Under the pieces are notes generated by a model. The model searched no databases. It was not told the DNA's origin and worked only from the letters and a program-made list of their open reading frames with translations. A DNA stretch of 32,000 nt from Acaryochloris marina MBIC11017 (GTDB lineage Bacteria > Cyanobacteriota > Cyanobacteriia > Thermosynechococcales > Thermosynechococcaceae). The translations under genes were made by a program, and so were the position numbers. This document shows, piece after piece, positions 9,381 through 18,900 of this stretch. The DNA lies in assembly GCF_000018105.1 (NCBI RefSeq), contig NC_009930.1, forward strand, positions 120,001-152,000, given 5' to 3'. Every line of letters starts with the position of its first letter. Within the stretch, counting starts at the first letter, position 1.

Positions 9381-10145
9381 TTAACAATCACGATCAGGAT
9401 TATGCTTGGAGCCTTTTGGAAGTTTAGTTCTACATAAGAGTGCTTTACCAAGCTGCTGATCAGTCCATTCAGAAACGTTTGTAAGAATAGCATTTGTCAG
9501 GTTAGCGGATTCAAAATTAGCCCTACCAAGAGAAGCTTTACTCAGGTTAGCTTCGCTCAAATTTGCTTTACTCAGGTTAGCTTCAAGAAGGTCGGCTTCA
9601 GCAAGGTTTGCACCCCGCAAATCAGCATCTTCAAGATGGGCCTTATACAGTTGAGCATTGACCAGACTAACATCTTGCAAACCGATAAATTGATCTACCG
9701 GATCTTGGCTTACTTGTCGCGCAATAATCACCTTGATGGCTGCCTGTATATCTTCAGAAATGGGTTCGCTCTGAGCCTTATCCCTATCTAGGGGTGATTC
9801 TTTGGCAATATAACTGACCAGAAATTCCATAATTGTCCAATGATCACTTGGGGAATCCTGAGCTATTTTTTCCAAAGAATAAATCCCCCCAATTCGTACC
9901 AATGGATCTGGATTGCCGAACAGTTTAATTGCTTCTGCAAATCGATCTGAAACACTTCTTTGTTCTGAAACAGCAAGTTGCTTTGTTGCAATTGATCGAT
10001 CGAATACGGAATCTTGGTAATTCAGAAACAATCCGAAAGCAATAGCAGTGCTCCCCACTAAACCCAATAGAGAAATAAGAACCTTAGCAGCTTCTCGATT
10101 ATCTTCCTGGAGCAAAAAGTTCCATACTTTATTAAAAGTCATCAT
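9381..10145 (-). CDS. TM-anchored pentapeptide-repeat protein
   Basis: N-terminal TM helix (VLISLLGLVGSTAIAFGLFL), a helical linker, then ADLRGANLAEADLLEANLSKANLSEANLSKASLGRANFESANL. Confidence 0.85.
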   Translation of the reverse strand: MMTFNKVWNFLLQEDNREAAKVLISLLGLVGSTAIAFGLFLNYQDSVFDRSIATKQLAVSEQRSVSDRFAEAIKLFGNPDPLVRIGGIYSLEKIAQDSPSDHWTIMEFLVSYIAKESPLDRDKAQSEPISEDIQAAIKVIIARQVSQDPVDQFIGLQDVSLVNAQLYKAHLEDADLRGANLAEADLLEANLSKANLSEANLSKASLGRANFESANLTNAILTNVSEWTDQQLGKALLCRTKLPKGSKHNPDRDC

Positions 10146-10209
10146 TCTTTTATTGTTATATAGTCAAATAGAAAACAGCCCCCCTTAAAATAGTTTGATG
10201 AATTGTCCA

Positions 10210-10437
10210 TTAGTCAGTTTTAGCGGAGAATGGCTGTAACAGCCGCTTAAGGCATTTACTGCCAATCTTGATTAGGACTAACCACACCAACCTGACAATC
10301 TCGCCAAATCTAAAATATCCTCTTTTGGGAATATAAGGCTGGTTCGATTGGTAACTAGATGCAGCCAGAGCAATGATCTGGATACTGACGATTGCCAAAA
10401 TCCTATAGATCAATGGAACTGACTTAACCTTGATCAA
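10210..10437 (-). CDS. possible small membrane protein (75 aa)
   Basis: ORF with one hydrophobic stretch (IYRILAIVSIQIIALAASS), on the same strand as the neighbouring gene. No other support. Confidence 0.25.
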   Translation of the reverse strand: MIKVKSVPLIYRILAIVSIQIIALAASSYQSNQPYIPKRGYFRFGEIVRLVWLVLIKIGSKCLKRLLQPFSAKTD

Positions 10438-10814
10438 GCAGCCAGCTTAGGCTTTGAGAATAGAGCACAGTTATTCATCTCTACCTCCATAGTCCAGTCT
10501 GGATAAGAGTTTTTAACGACTTTTAAAATAGCCTCGCACTGATTTCAAAAAAAAGTGTATGTGAGTCATAAAGATGAAAGCACTTCTGTACATTTCTCTA
10601 TCGCTTCGGCAAAAGTTCGCAAAATTTCATCTATTTGTCTGTGAATAGACCAGGGGGAACAACACCTTCCCATTTAGCGTTGAATTAGAGTTTGGCATTT
10701 GTTGAAGTCCTGGCATAGGTGTGGGTTATTGAATAATCTTGCCTAAGCAATATGAATTCTCTAGGGATTTCAAAAGACTGAGTTGTGTTTAGGTGGATAG
10801 GTGAATGATCGAGA

Positions 10815-10939
10815 TAGGTAATACAAAATCCGTCGAGAATTTGAAAATGTGAAAGACTGAGTGAATTAATAGGTGTGATGCCGAGGTGTTGGTATTGAGT
10901 TGCGATAGCGGGGCAACACTCGGAATGAGATCCCAACAC
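10815..10939 (+). repeat. structured dispersed repeat, copy 3
   Basis: TAGGTAATACAAAATCCGTCGAGAATTTGAAAATGTGAAAGACTGAGTGAATTAATAGGTGTGATGCCGAGGTGTTGGTATTG...TCCCAACAC. Ends 158 nt from the GNAT gene stop. Confidence 0.8.
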
Positions 10940-11073
10940 GAAACTCATCTTTACGGTTCCAGCGGCTGATACAACAGCGGTAGCAGCGAAGAAAAGTCAA
11001 GGGTCACCTTGAAGTACAAGCCACCTAAAAGGAAGCCAATCAAGACACCGTTGCTGGTGTGTCCAATACTAAA

Positions 11074-11090
11074 TGGCCTATTTTAGGCCA
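11074..11090 (-). terminator. short hairpin just after the GNAT stop
   Basis: On the minus strand, GGCCTA-AAA-TAGGCC is followed by ATTTAGTATT. Short stem, weak U-tract. Confidence 0.3.
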
Positions 11091-11097
11091 GCCACAT

Positions 11098-11598
11098 TTA
11101 AAGTTTTTGACACAGCCACACACTTGGAATCTGGACTGTAAACCCAGATTTCTCATAAGCTCGACGAGCTGGGGCATGACTTGGGTCTCCACCCGTAGCC
11201 ACCGTTGCAACTTGCATCCCTGCTTCTTTCATTTTTGAGATCACAAAGTCATACATGATGGTGCCAATGCCCCTTCCCGCATGGTTGGGGTTTACGGCGT
11301 TAAGTCCAATCTCACCAACTTTCCGATCTAAGTTGAGTTGGAAAGAGATAAAACCAACGACTGAGCTATCAATCACAGCAGTATAGACTTCCCAATCAGA
11401 GTCAGGTGCGAGTAATGAGGCAAGAAGTTCGCCTTGTGCTTCATCTTCATGCGCTTGAGCCAAATTGTAGATCTCATCCCCCAAAATTTTACGGAATGAG
11501 GCAAAGACAGGTGCGAACGCTGCCTTTCGTATATTTTCTAAATAAGGGAGATCAGTTGAGTTCGCTGAGCGAATTACAACATTTGGTTTAGAGCCCAT
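11098..11598 (-). CDS. GNAT family N-acetyltransferase
   Basis: 166 aa. Acetyl-CoA motif A NHAGRGIGTIMYDFV and C-terminal ARRAYEKSGF. Confidence 0.85.
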   Translation of the reverse strand: MGSKPNVVIRSANSTDLPYLENIRKAAFAPVFASFRKILGDEIYNLAQAHEDEAQGELLASLLAPDSDWEVYTAVIDSSVVGFISFQLNLDRKVGEIGLNAVNPNHAGRGIGTIMYDFVISKMKEAGMQVATVATGGDPSHAPARRAYEKSGFTVQIPSVWLCQKL

Positions 11599-11677
11599 AT
11601 TCGCTATTTCTCGGGTTCTTAGACAATACCCCTAGTTATAGCTATTGTTCTTCACTTTTTACTAACCAGCCCCTACT

Positions 11678-12802
11678 ATGTCACGAATATCAGTCACTAC
11701 GAAGCGAGGCAAGTTCAATAAGTCTCTATGGCTACTACTAATTATTGCCCTTGTTGCTCTTTACCTAATTGCCTGGCCTGTACCCATTGAACCTGTCGCA
11801 TGGGAGGCACCATCCAACCCTGGCTACAGCGGAGCATTTGAATCCAATCAGCGTCTCAAAGATATTCAGAAATTACCTCTAAGGGACAATCATGGCCCTG
11901 AGGATATTGCCCTAGATAGCCAAGGACGTATTTATGCCTCGACCCATGAAGGTCGGATTGTGCGACTGCTACCCGATGGTTCAAGCTCACAGAATTGGGT
12001 CGAAACGGGTGGTCGCCCACTGGGCATCGATTTTGACAAGAGTGGTCATTTGATTATTGCTGATGCGTTTCGTGGCCTTTTATCCATAGCAGAAGACAAA
12101 ACTATTACAGTGTTGGCCACTGAAGCGGACGGGGTACCAATTAGCTATGCAAATGATGTAGACATAGCCGATGACGGCAAAATTTACTTTTCAGACGCTT
12201 CTACAAAATTTGGGGCAAAGGAATGGGGAGGCACCTACGAAGCCAGCCTTCTGGATCTGATGGAACATGGAGGTCATGGAAGACTGTTAGTTTTTAACCC
12301 TACTGATGGAAGTGTTCAGACACTATTAGACGATCTGAACTTCGCCAATGGCGTTGCGCTCAGCCACGACCAAACGTATGTGCTAGTCAATGAAACGGGG
12401 AATTACCGAGTGATTCGTTATTGGCTCAATGGCCCCCAGAAAGGTCAATCTGAGACCTTTCTCAAAGACTTACCGGCTTTCCCCGATAACATATCCACGG
12501 GGCTAGGCAATCGCTTCTGGGTGGCACTGGTTTCTCCTCGAAGTGCGGTATTAGACCAACTATCGAATAAGCCATTTATGCGCAAGGTGATACAGCGTCT
12601 GCCAGCATTCCTACGACCTAAAGCACAGCCATATGGTCATATTATTGCTGTTGATGGCAGTGGTAACGTTGTTCAGAATTTACAAGATCCACAAGGGACC
12701 TATCCCCTGAACACAGCCATAACTGAAACGGAGGAATATCTCTATATTGGTAGCCTGGTAGCACCAAATATCGGACGTTTATCAAAGCCAGATGATTTTT
12801 AA
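11678..12802 (+). CDS. strictosidine-synthase-like / SMP-30-like beta-propeller protein with N-terminal TM anchor
   Basis: GPEDIALDSQGRIY, GRPLGIDFDKSGHLIIADA, ANDVDIADDGKIYFSDAS, NFANGVALSHDQTYVLVNET and YRVIRYWLNGPQKG are the typical repeated blades. Confidence 0.85.
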   Translation: MSRISVTTKRGKFNKSLWLLLIIALVALYLIAWPVPIEPVAWEAPSNPGYSGAFESNQRLKDIQKLPLRDNHGPEDIALDSQGRIYASTHEGRIVRLLPDGSSSQNWVETGGRPLGIDFDKSGHLIIADAFRGLLSIAEDKTITVLATEADGVPISYANDVDIADDGKIYFSDASTKFGAKEWGGTYEASLLDLMEHGGHGRLLVFNPTDGSVQTLLDDLNFANGVALSHDQTYVLVNETGNYRVIRYWLNGPQKGQSETFLKDLPAFPDNISTGLGNRFWVALVSPRSAVLDQLSNKPFMRKVIQRLPAFLRPKAQPYGHIIAVDGSGNVVQNLQDPQGTYPLNTAITETEEYLYIGSLVAPNIGRLSKPDDF

Positions 12803-12852
12803 TCCTAAGGAACTTTCAATGAGTTAGTTGCCAAACTCAACCTGAAATTTCT

Positions 12853-12961
12853 TAGGTAATACAAAATCTATAGAGATTCTGAAAAATTGAAAGACTAGGT
12901 GATTTAATAGGTGTGATATCGGGGCTTGGGTATTGGGGCTGCGATCTCAGCCCCAATACCC
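12853..12961 (+). repeat. structured dispersed repeat, copy 4
   Basis: TAGGTAATACAAAATCTATAGAGATTCTGAAAAATTGAAAGACTAGGTGATTTAATAGGTGTGATATCGGGGCTT, then a perfect 14-bp hairpin GGGTATTGGGGCTG-CGATCT-CAGCCCCAATACCC. Ends 22 nt from the stop at 12984. Confidence 0.85.
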
Positions 12962-12983
12962 AGCTCACAAACCTGCGGCCTTA

Positions 12984-13256
12984 TCATTGATTGGTCAACA
13001 CCTTGCGCTCCGAACCACCGAACCGCAACCACCAGCAAGGATTGAGTGGGTCGGAGCAGATGGCATACTTGGGCAGGTTCACTCCCACGATCAAGCCAGA
13101 GCCAGCTAGGAACACAACCAAGAGGATAAGGATTGCTGACGAGTTCGCCATCAGGGATAGGCACCGATTAATTTGGTTGATAGTTCGCTCATGCCCCAGA
13201 AGCTTCAGCTCCCTGGCTTGGATGATAGATACCTCGTCTAAGGCAATCGCTCTCAT
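12984..13256 (-). CDS. small membrane protein (90 aa), last gene of the parM-like operon
   Basis: Its ATG (13254-13256) overlaps the TGA (13253-13255) of the upstream gene (ATGA coupling). One TM helix (AILILLVVFLAGSGLIVGV). Confidence 0.45.
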   Translation of the reverse strand: MRAIALDEVSIIQARELKLLGHERTINQINRCLSLMANSSAILILLVVFLAGSGLIVGVNLPKYAICSDPLNPCWWLRFGGSERKVLTNQ

Positions 13257-13801
13257 TCGGTGGGCAATGTCTCGGTAGATGAGTTCGTCGAGGCTGGCAG
13301 CGCTGTTTGCTTGGCTTGAGCCGCTAGCCGCTCTCTTAGCCTGGAGGTGAACGGCCCAGGCTTTTTTGCTAACTCGTCTGGATCCTCCACAACTGCTTTT
13401 TGCACACGGGCATTTGCAAAGACGTGGTTCAGCCGACTCATGTAGGCACCCAAAACAGCCTTTTGCAGATCATCGCCATAACCATCAAGGGTCTGCAGCA
13501 CCCTTTCCCCATCCTCATCCGCGATTTTCTCGGCGCGCTCCAAGATATGGTCGGTGCCATCTGACTTTTCAGCAACTGGCTCAGCTTCAACGGGCACCAC
13601 CTCTGCCTGTATTTGCTGCCATGCTTCGGTATAGGTGATTGCTCCGCTTTGCTTGTGCTGCACCACCTCCTTCAACATCTCAATATCTGATTCAGAGAAT
13701 TCCTCTGTCTCCCCTAGCCCACAGATACCGCGAAGTTCAATGAGGTCTTCTTTGCTAATCTGTAAGGTCTTGAGGGTCTTGCTAAAACTTTGATTACTCA
13801 T
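13253..13801 (-). CDS. acidic hypothetical protein, 182 aa
   Basis: Clean ORF that starts 3 nt after the stop of the upstream 122-aa gene. No motif recognised. Confidence 0.65.
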   Translation of the reverse strand: MSNQSFSKTLKTLQISKEDLIELRGICGLGETEEFSESDIEMLKEVVQHKQSGAITYTEAWQQIQAEVVPVEAEPVAEKSDGTDHILERAEKIADEDGERVLQTLDGYGDDLQKAVLGAYMSRLNHVFANARVQKAVVEDPDELAKKPGPFTSRLRERLAAQAKQTALPASTNSSTETLPTE

Positions 13802-13804
13802 TTT

Positions 13805-14173
13805 CTAGTCAAACTCCAATTCAGGTTCATCTTCGTCTGGTTCACAATTTTGAGGGGACATATCAGCAGAGGTTGTTGCTTGCACCACCTGGCTAGCAGA
13901 AACATACCCATTTTTTTGGCATTGGTTCAGGGCTTCTCGATGAAGATCCCGTATTTCATGAGCTGATGATTCGATAGCATTTTGGATATCTGCCGCACTC
14001 CCTCCCTCAATCGCAATATGAATCGGTTCAAAAAGATCCACTAATGCCAGCTCAACTGTCTTCTTGAACTTAGAGCCATAAAAACTCCTTGCACTTTTAA
14101 TGATCAGCTCTTGCTTAGAGCCTGAAATCGGTTGGCAGCGAATAATAATGTTTGTCCTATTTGGCTTGGGCAT
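13805..14173 (-). CDS. small DNA-binding adaptor candidate (ParR-like), 122 aa
   Basis: Lies immediately downstream of, and overlaps (17 nt), the ParM-like gene. Basic N-terminus with a beta-strand-then-helix pattern (NRTNIIIRCQP...QELIIKSA) and a strongly acidic tail (EPDEDEPELEFD). The functional call is positional inference. Confidence 0.45.
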   Translation of the reverse strand: MPKPNRTNIIIRCQPISGSKQELIIKSARSFYGSKFKKTVELALVDLFEPIHIAIEGGSAADIQNAIESSAHEIRDLHREALNQCQKNGYVSASQVVQATTSADMSPQNCEPDEDEPELEFD

Positions 14174-15290
14174 ATTCTTTTACTCCTTTGGGTGTCCAGG
14201 TGCGCCCGGTTACGTGTAGATGCAACATCCAAACATCGATGGCTCTATAGGCCCACTGGGTATTAATCTCTTCAAACTCATCCGATAGCTGCTTGATAGC
14301 CCCATTGAGGGGTTTAAACGCACTACCAAACAGGGCCTTGAATCGGCTTTTGTAAATGGGGGCATTCCCACCCACCAAGTAAAACGCTTGGGCCTGCTTT
14401 ATCCCCCGGTCGCTATCAATACGTTGCTTAATCTCACCCCAATTTTTGTTGAACCCTTCCCTTGTCTGAGTCAGTTTCTGCTCTAAGCGGTGGGGCTTGA
14501 TGAGTGCGGCTAATTCTTTTCTGGCCTGGTCTTGCTTGTTGGGTTTATCCATCAATGCCAGAAACCGGAAGACGGCTTTTGCCCCCTGCACATCATCCGT
14601 AAAGTGCATCACTGAATTCACTATCGAAGACATCCCCAACCCTTCAAAGGTTTTGGACTTCGGGTATGCCAGGGGTCGGCCATCCTCCACGGCAATAAAG
14701 TTGGCATCCTTATGACCGCAGACTCCGACATAAGCTGTGATATCCGGTGGGGGTATCGTTGCCATCCCTGCCCCCTCCATATACCCCTTGGCATCTACAG
14801 CCGCAAAATCAATATGGCGACCGTTGTACCCAAATCCACCCAGCAGGCACGAGAGGAGGTCACTCTCCAAGTCTGCATACTCAGTCCACTCACTGATCGG
14901 TAGCATAAAGTTGATGACGAGCTTGACCCGATCTGGGGATAGCTCTGGGACGCGATCCAGGGCCAAACCCACGAAAGCAAGAACCTTGGGGACCAGCAGA
15001 TCGGCCTTACTCATGTTTGGGTCAGTCTTCGTCCCAGCATGGCCAGGGATTTCCCCCACAATGCGGAAGACCCAATCGCTACCCTGCCTGAAGGTCACCC
15101 GTGACGTTTTGGTTGTACTTCTCCTCTTGTCGTTTTCATAGTTGCTCTGCATTAAGAAGCCAACATTAGGAGGTTGATTGATAAATCCCTCATGGGTTCC
15201 TCCATCAAAGTCAGCTAAGAAAAATCCACGGGTTGATGATGACCCGGTGTCAATGTTGAGATGCAATATTGCACCCTGAGAAAAATTCAT
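14157..15290 (-). CDS. ParM/StbA-like actin-family segregation ATPase
   Basis: LNIDTGSSSTRG compares with ParM FIDDGSTNIK (phosphate 1). FMLPISEWTEY compares with CTLPLTEYY. YLVGGNAPIY compares with VIGGGAEL (phosphate 2). GGAG lies upstream of the ATG. Confidence 0.65.
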   Translation of the reverse strand: MNFSQGAILHLNIDTGSSSTRGFFLADFDGGTHEGFINQPPNVGFLMQSNYENDKRRSTTKTSRVTFRQGSDWVFRIVGEIPGHAGTKTDPNMSKADLLVPKVLAFVGLALDRVPELSPDRVKLVINFMLPISEWTEYADLESDLLSCLLGGFGYNGRHIDFAAVDAKGYMEGAGMATIPPPDITAYVGVCGHKDANFIAVEDGRPLAYPKSKTFEGLGMSSIVNSVMHFTDDVQGAKAVFRFLALMDKPNKQDQARKELAALIKPHRLEQKLTQTREGFNKNWGEIKQRIDSDRGIKQAQAFYLVGGNAPIYKSRFKALFGSAFKPLNGAIKQLSDEFEEINTQWAYRAIDVWMLHLHVTGRTWTPKGVKEYAQAK

Positions 15291-15328
15291 TGTGACGCTC
15301 CAAAAGTTTCAAAAATCTTTCACGTCAC

Positions 15329-15343
15329 AACATTACCCAGAAT
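15329..15343 (-). promoter_or_regulatory. backbone box 1 (ATTCTGGGTAATGTT in the transcription direction), upstream of the parM-like operon
   Basis: Exact inverted copy of the box at 15633-15647, 38 nt upstream of ATG 15290. Contains the -10-like hexamer TAATGT. Confidence 0.6.
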
Positions 15344-15360
15344 AAAAAAAGTTGAACCCA

Positions 15361-15531
15361 AAGCACTGCACTGAAAATGCATTGTTGTAGTCAAAAAATG
15401 CACTAGATTTGCAAGGTTTTGCACTAGGAATACACTACATAGCTTCAAAAATGCACTAGATTTGCATGGTTCTGCACCGAAAATGCACTCTAAAAAAATC
15501 CTGGAAAAACACCCCTCAAATGCAGTCTAGG
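15361..15531. promoter_or_regulatory. iteron cluster (candidate parC centromere and/or oriT)
   Basis: Five AAATGCA cores (AATGCA at 15376, 15397, 15450, 15482 and 15519). A 30-nt unit AAAATGCACTAGATTTGCAAGGTTTTGCAC (15395-15424) recurs at 15448-15477 with 2 mismatches (53-bp period). Confidence 0.6.
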
Positions 15532-15632
15532 AGTGGATTACAGCGGATGAAAACTGCGGATCGTCGGAAAAAATTTTAATATATGCACTACGCCCACCTT
15601 TTGGGCCATCGCGAAAATTCCGAAAAACAGAA

Positions 15633-15647
15633 ATTCTGGGTAATGTT
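15633..15647 (+). promoter_or_regulatory. backbone box 2, upstream of the relaxase operon
   Basis: ATTCTGGGTAATGTT, 36 nt upstream of ATG 15684. Confidence 0.6.
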
Positions 15648-15683
15648 GAAGTGTGGAAATTTTCTTAGTGAGAGGTGATCGAC

Positions 15684-15965
15684 ATGAGCCAAACTCGATA
15701 TAAGACAAAAGTTATTTATCAAACTTGTAAATATGATCATCAAGGGCAGAAGTATTGCATCAACCCGAAAGTGGTCGAAGATAAAACTCAGCCCATCAAG
15801 GGTGTGGAAGTGCCAATCTTAGGTGAAATCATTCCGCCTCCTCCGTTTGGTCTAGAAAGCTATAGCGATCTGTTCTGGCTCCTCATCGCTAGTGTGTTCT
15901 TCCTGAAAATCTTCCCCAACCCAATTGCAATCATGATGGTGTTTTTCTCTCCATCCCGACGATAA
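15684..15965 (+). CDS. small membrane protein co-translated with the relaxase (93 aa)
   Basis: AGAGG lies 8 nt before ATG 15684 (the track ORF starts at GTG 15675). C-terminal TM helix (LFWLLIASVFFLKIF). Its TAA overlaps the relaxase ATG (TAATG at 15963-15967). Confidence 0.5.
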   Translation: MSQTRYKTKVIYQTCKYDHQGQKYCINPKVVEDKTQPIKGVEVPILGEIIPPPPFGLESYSDLFWLLIASVFFLKIFPNPIAIMMVFFSPSRR

Positions 15966-18900
15966 TGTTCCGCCCAACGCTCATCAACAAAGGCAATGCT
16001 GCAATTGAGGAGTATTACACCGAAGACGAAGCCCTGAAGAACAGTGAGGACGAGTACTACGCACCTGGCAAAGATCCGGTCATCACTCCCTGCAAGTGGT
16101 ACGGAAACGGCGCAGACAGTCTGAATCTCAAAGGTGTCATCAACCAGAAGGTTTTCAAAAAACTGTTCTATGGGCACCACCCTGAATCAGGCAAACGCCT
16201 TCGCAAGAAACCCACGAACGGCCAGGAACGGTTAGGGATTGATCTCACCTTTGGACCGGGTAAAGAAGCCTCGATCCTCGCCTTGGTCGGTGGGGACCGT
16301 AGAATCATCGATCTGCATGAGCAAGCCTTGCAGAAAGTCTTCGATATCTTCCAGGCCCGGTACACTCAAACCCGTGTCAGATATGGGAATGGGCAGCGTT
16401 CCTTAGTCAACACCAACAGTTTGATTGGTGCCTTCATCAATCACGCCACTGCCCGCCCAGTCACCATTGACGGTAAAACCTATTCAGACCCAGCCCTGCA
16501 TACCCATATCGTGGTGATGAATGCCACCCAGATTAACGGGAAATGGCAGTCTCTATCGAATGAAGCGATATTTAAATCCCTGTCTCTTGGTTCCATCTAC
16601 CGTCACTTTATCGACAAGGGTCTAGCAGAGCTGGGGTATACCGTGCGGCCTGATGGCAGTATTGAGGGACTTAGCCCTGAGACAGTTTGGCATTTTAAGA
16701 AACGGACTCAGGAAGTTGAGCGGTATCTGAAGAAGTATGGTCTAGAAGATACCCAGGAAAACCGCCAGAATGCAGTCCTGCGAACCCGCAACAAAAAAGA
16801 AGACAACACCAATATCCCTGAAAAGATGAAGGGATGGGTTGAGGAGCTGGTTATCAATAGGTTCAGGCTTCCCAAGCCTGCTAAGAAATCCACCTGGGTT
16901 CATCGGCCTGAATTAGCGCGTAAATATGTGGATAGCGCCATTGCCCATCTACAGGAACGCAACGCCGAGTTTTGCCATGAACTCATCGAGCAGTGGGTCT
17001 TCGATCAGCGTCCACCCTTCACCTATGAAGAGTTGCAGACTGAGATTGCTAACCATCCTCAACTGATCCGCACAAAGAATGACACCTATACCACTCAGTA
17101 CGCCTTGGATCGGGAAGAGAAAACCCGGCAACTTTGGGCTGCTGGTCAGCATAAATTCACCCCCATCACCACGGGTAAGATTGAGTTCAATAAGATGCTG
17201 AATGCAGACCAGCGTATCGCTGTACGCAGTACTCTCGCTAGCAGCAATCGGCTGATCATCTGGCATGGCCTGTCTGGAGTGGGCAAGACCACGACCCTCA
17301 GCGAACTCCAAAAGCATATCGAAGCGATTAACCCTGATATCCAGATCAAAGGCTACAGCCCCACCACTAAAGCAGCAGGGGTGTTAGCCGAAGAATTGGG
17401 CATTGAAACCACCACCGTCTCTGGGTTGATTACTCGCAGGTTAGACACTACTCCAAACCAGTGGTGGATCATTGACGAAGCCGGGATGAAATCAGCGGAG
17501 CAGGGGCTTGAAGTCTTGAAGCGGGCTGAAGCCGTCAATGCTCGTGTGCTTTTGGTCGGAGACATCAACCAGAACAGCTCTGTCAATGCGGGGTCACCTC
17601 AGCGTTCTTTGATGAAAGCTGGAGCAGAAACCTACCACATCAAAACAATCCTGAGACAAAAACGCATTGTCCAGCGGCGGGCAGTCGAGCTGGTCAGCAT
17701 TGGAAAACCCCTGGAAGCTTTAAAGCTACTCAATGAGTATGGTCACGTCACGGAGGTCGCAGATCGCAGGGACCGGGCCGCTCAAGTCGCCCAGAAATAT
17801 CTAAGCCTGAAACCCAAGGAGCGCAAACAAACTCTAGTGGTTACGGGCACCCATCGGGAACGAAAGGCAATCACCACCCTGATCAGAGAAGGGCTACGTG
17901 CTGAAGGTGTGATCAAGGGGGAAGACCAGGCGCTTCGGCAGTTGGTGGACAAACGGTTAACTACAGAACAGACCCATCATCTCAGGTATTACAAGACCGA
18001 TGATTATGTCATTCCCAATGATAATTTCTCTAGTCGGCTCCAGAAAGGGAAGCTCTACAAAGTAGTTGGCGTTGATGAAGCCTCTGGGGTCGTCCGTGTC
18101 GTCTCTCAAGGGGGGCAATACTCCAGCTTCGACCCAGCCAAGTTGGAGAATAAAACCGTCTTTACCGCTCAGAAAATCAATGTCTCCGTGGGGGACCAGT
18201 TGCGGTGGACGAGAAATAACCTGCATGGCAACAATGGCGACCAGTTCAAGGTGACAGCCGTCGAGGGTCACAGAATCCAGATTAATCACAAGAAATGGAT
18301 AGACACCTCCAAACCTTTAGAGCTGGATTATTCGATCACCTCAACCACTCATGCAGCCCAAGGCCAAACGACCTACCGAGTTATCTTCAGTGGAACGATT
18401 GATCCCACTTCATCAAGAGAACCCTTCTACGTTGCCATCAGCCGACAGAAGCATGAGCTGTACATCTTCACCGAAAACTACGAGGGCTTATGCCAACAGA
18501 TTCAACGGTCAGCCGCTCAACTTAATCCCAGAGAACTACTAGGGCTAGATGGAGAACTGGAGCTACCTGAATTTACTCGATCCGCATTCTGGACACCTCA
18601 AACGGCAATGGCCGAGCCTCCCAAGTCAGGCATTGCCCCTCACCACTGGGAGGAGCTGATCGAAGGATCAGGGATTCACCCTGATTTCATTGAGCTAAAT
18701 TGCCACAGCTTAAAGGGTGATTCAGTTTATGAATACCTGCTAGAAGACAAGATTGCAGGGCTGGGAGCAGGCCAGGTCTGGGTTGCTGACCAGCAGAAGG
18801 CGAGGGCAAGAATAGAGCATTGCTGGGATGGAGGATTTTGGATCGGGGCGGGAGTGGAGGCCCAAAGCCTGGATGATCCAATACTTTCCACCTGGGGCAG

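Noticed and set aside
9242-9427. ORF 9242..9427 (+) (MSECWYCSRV...)
   Set aside because: It starts inside repeat copy 2 and overlaps the 3' end of the pentapeptide gene. The equivalent frame in copy 3 stops after 7 codons.
10685-10948. ORF 10685..10948 (-)
   Set aside because: It covers repeat copy 3 antisense. No motif, and no ribosome-binding site seen.
3914-12961. Dispersed repeats as integron attC sites (a CALIN-like cassette array)
   Set aside because: The ends do not fit the RYYYAAC...GTTRRRY core sites. Only the last ~35-50 nt is palindromic, whereas a conserved ~80-nt non-palindromic part precedes it. Genes between copies are not uniformly oriented, and no intI is present in the window. 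The cassette-boundary idea is kept only as a minor hypothesis.
12904-13278. ORFs 12904..13164 (-) and 12991..13278 (+)
   Set aside because: They overlap repeat copy 4 and/or the better-supported, translationally coupled 12984..13256 ORF. No independent support.
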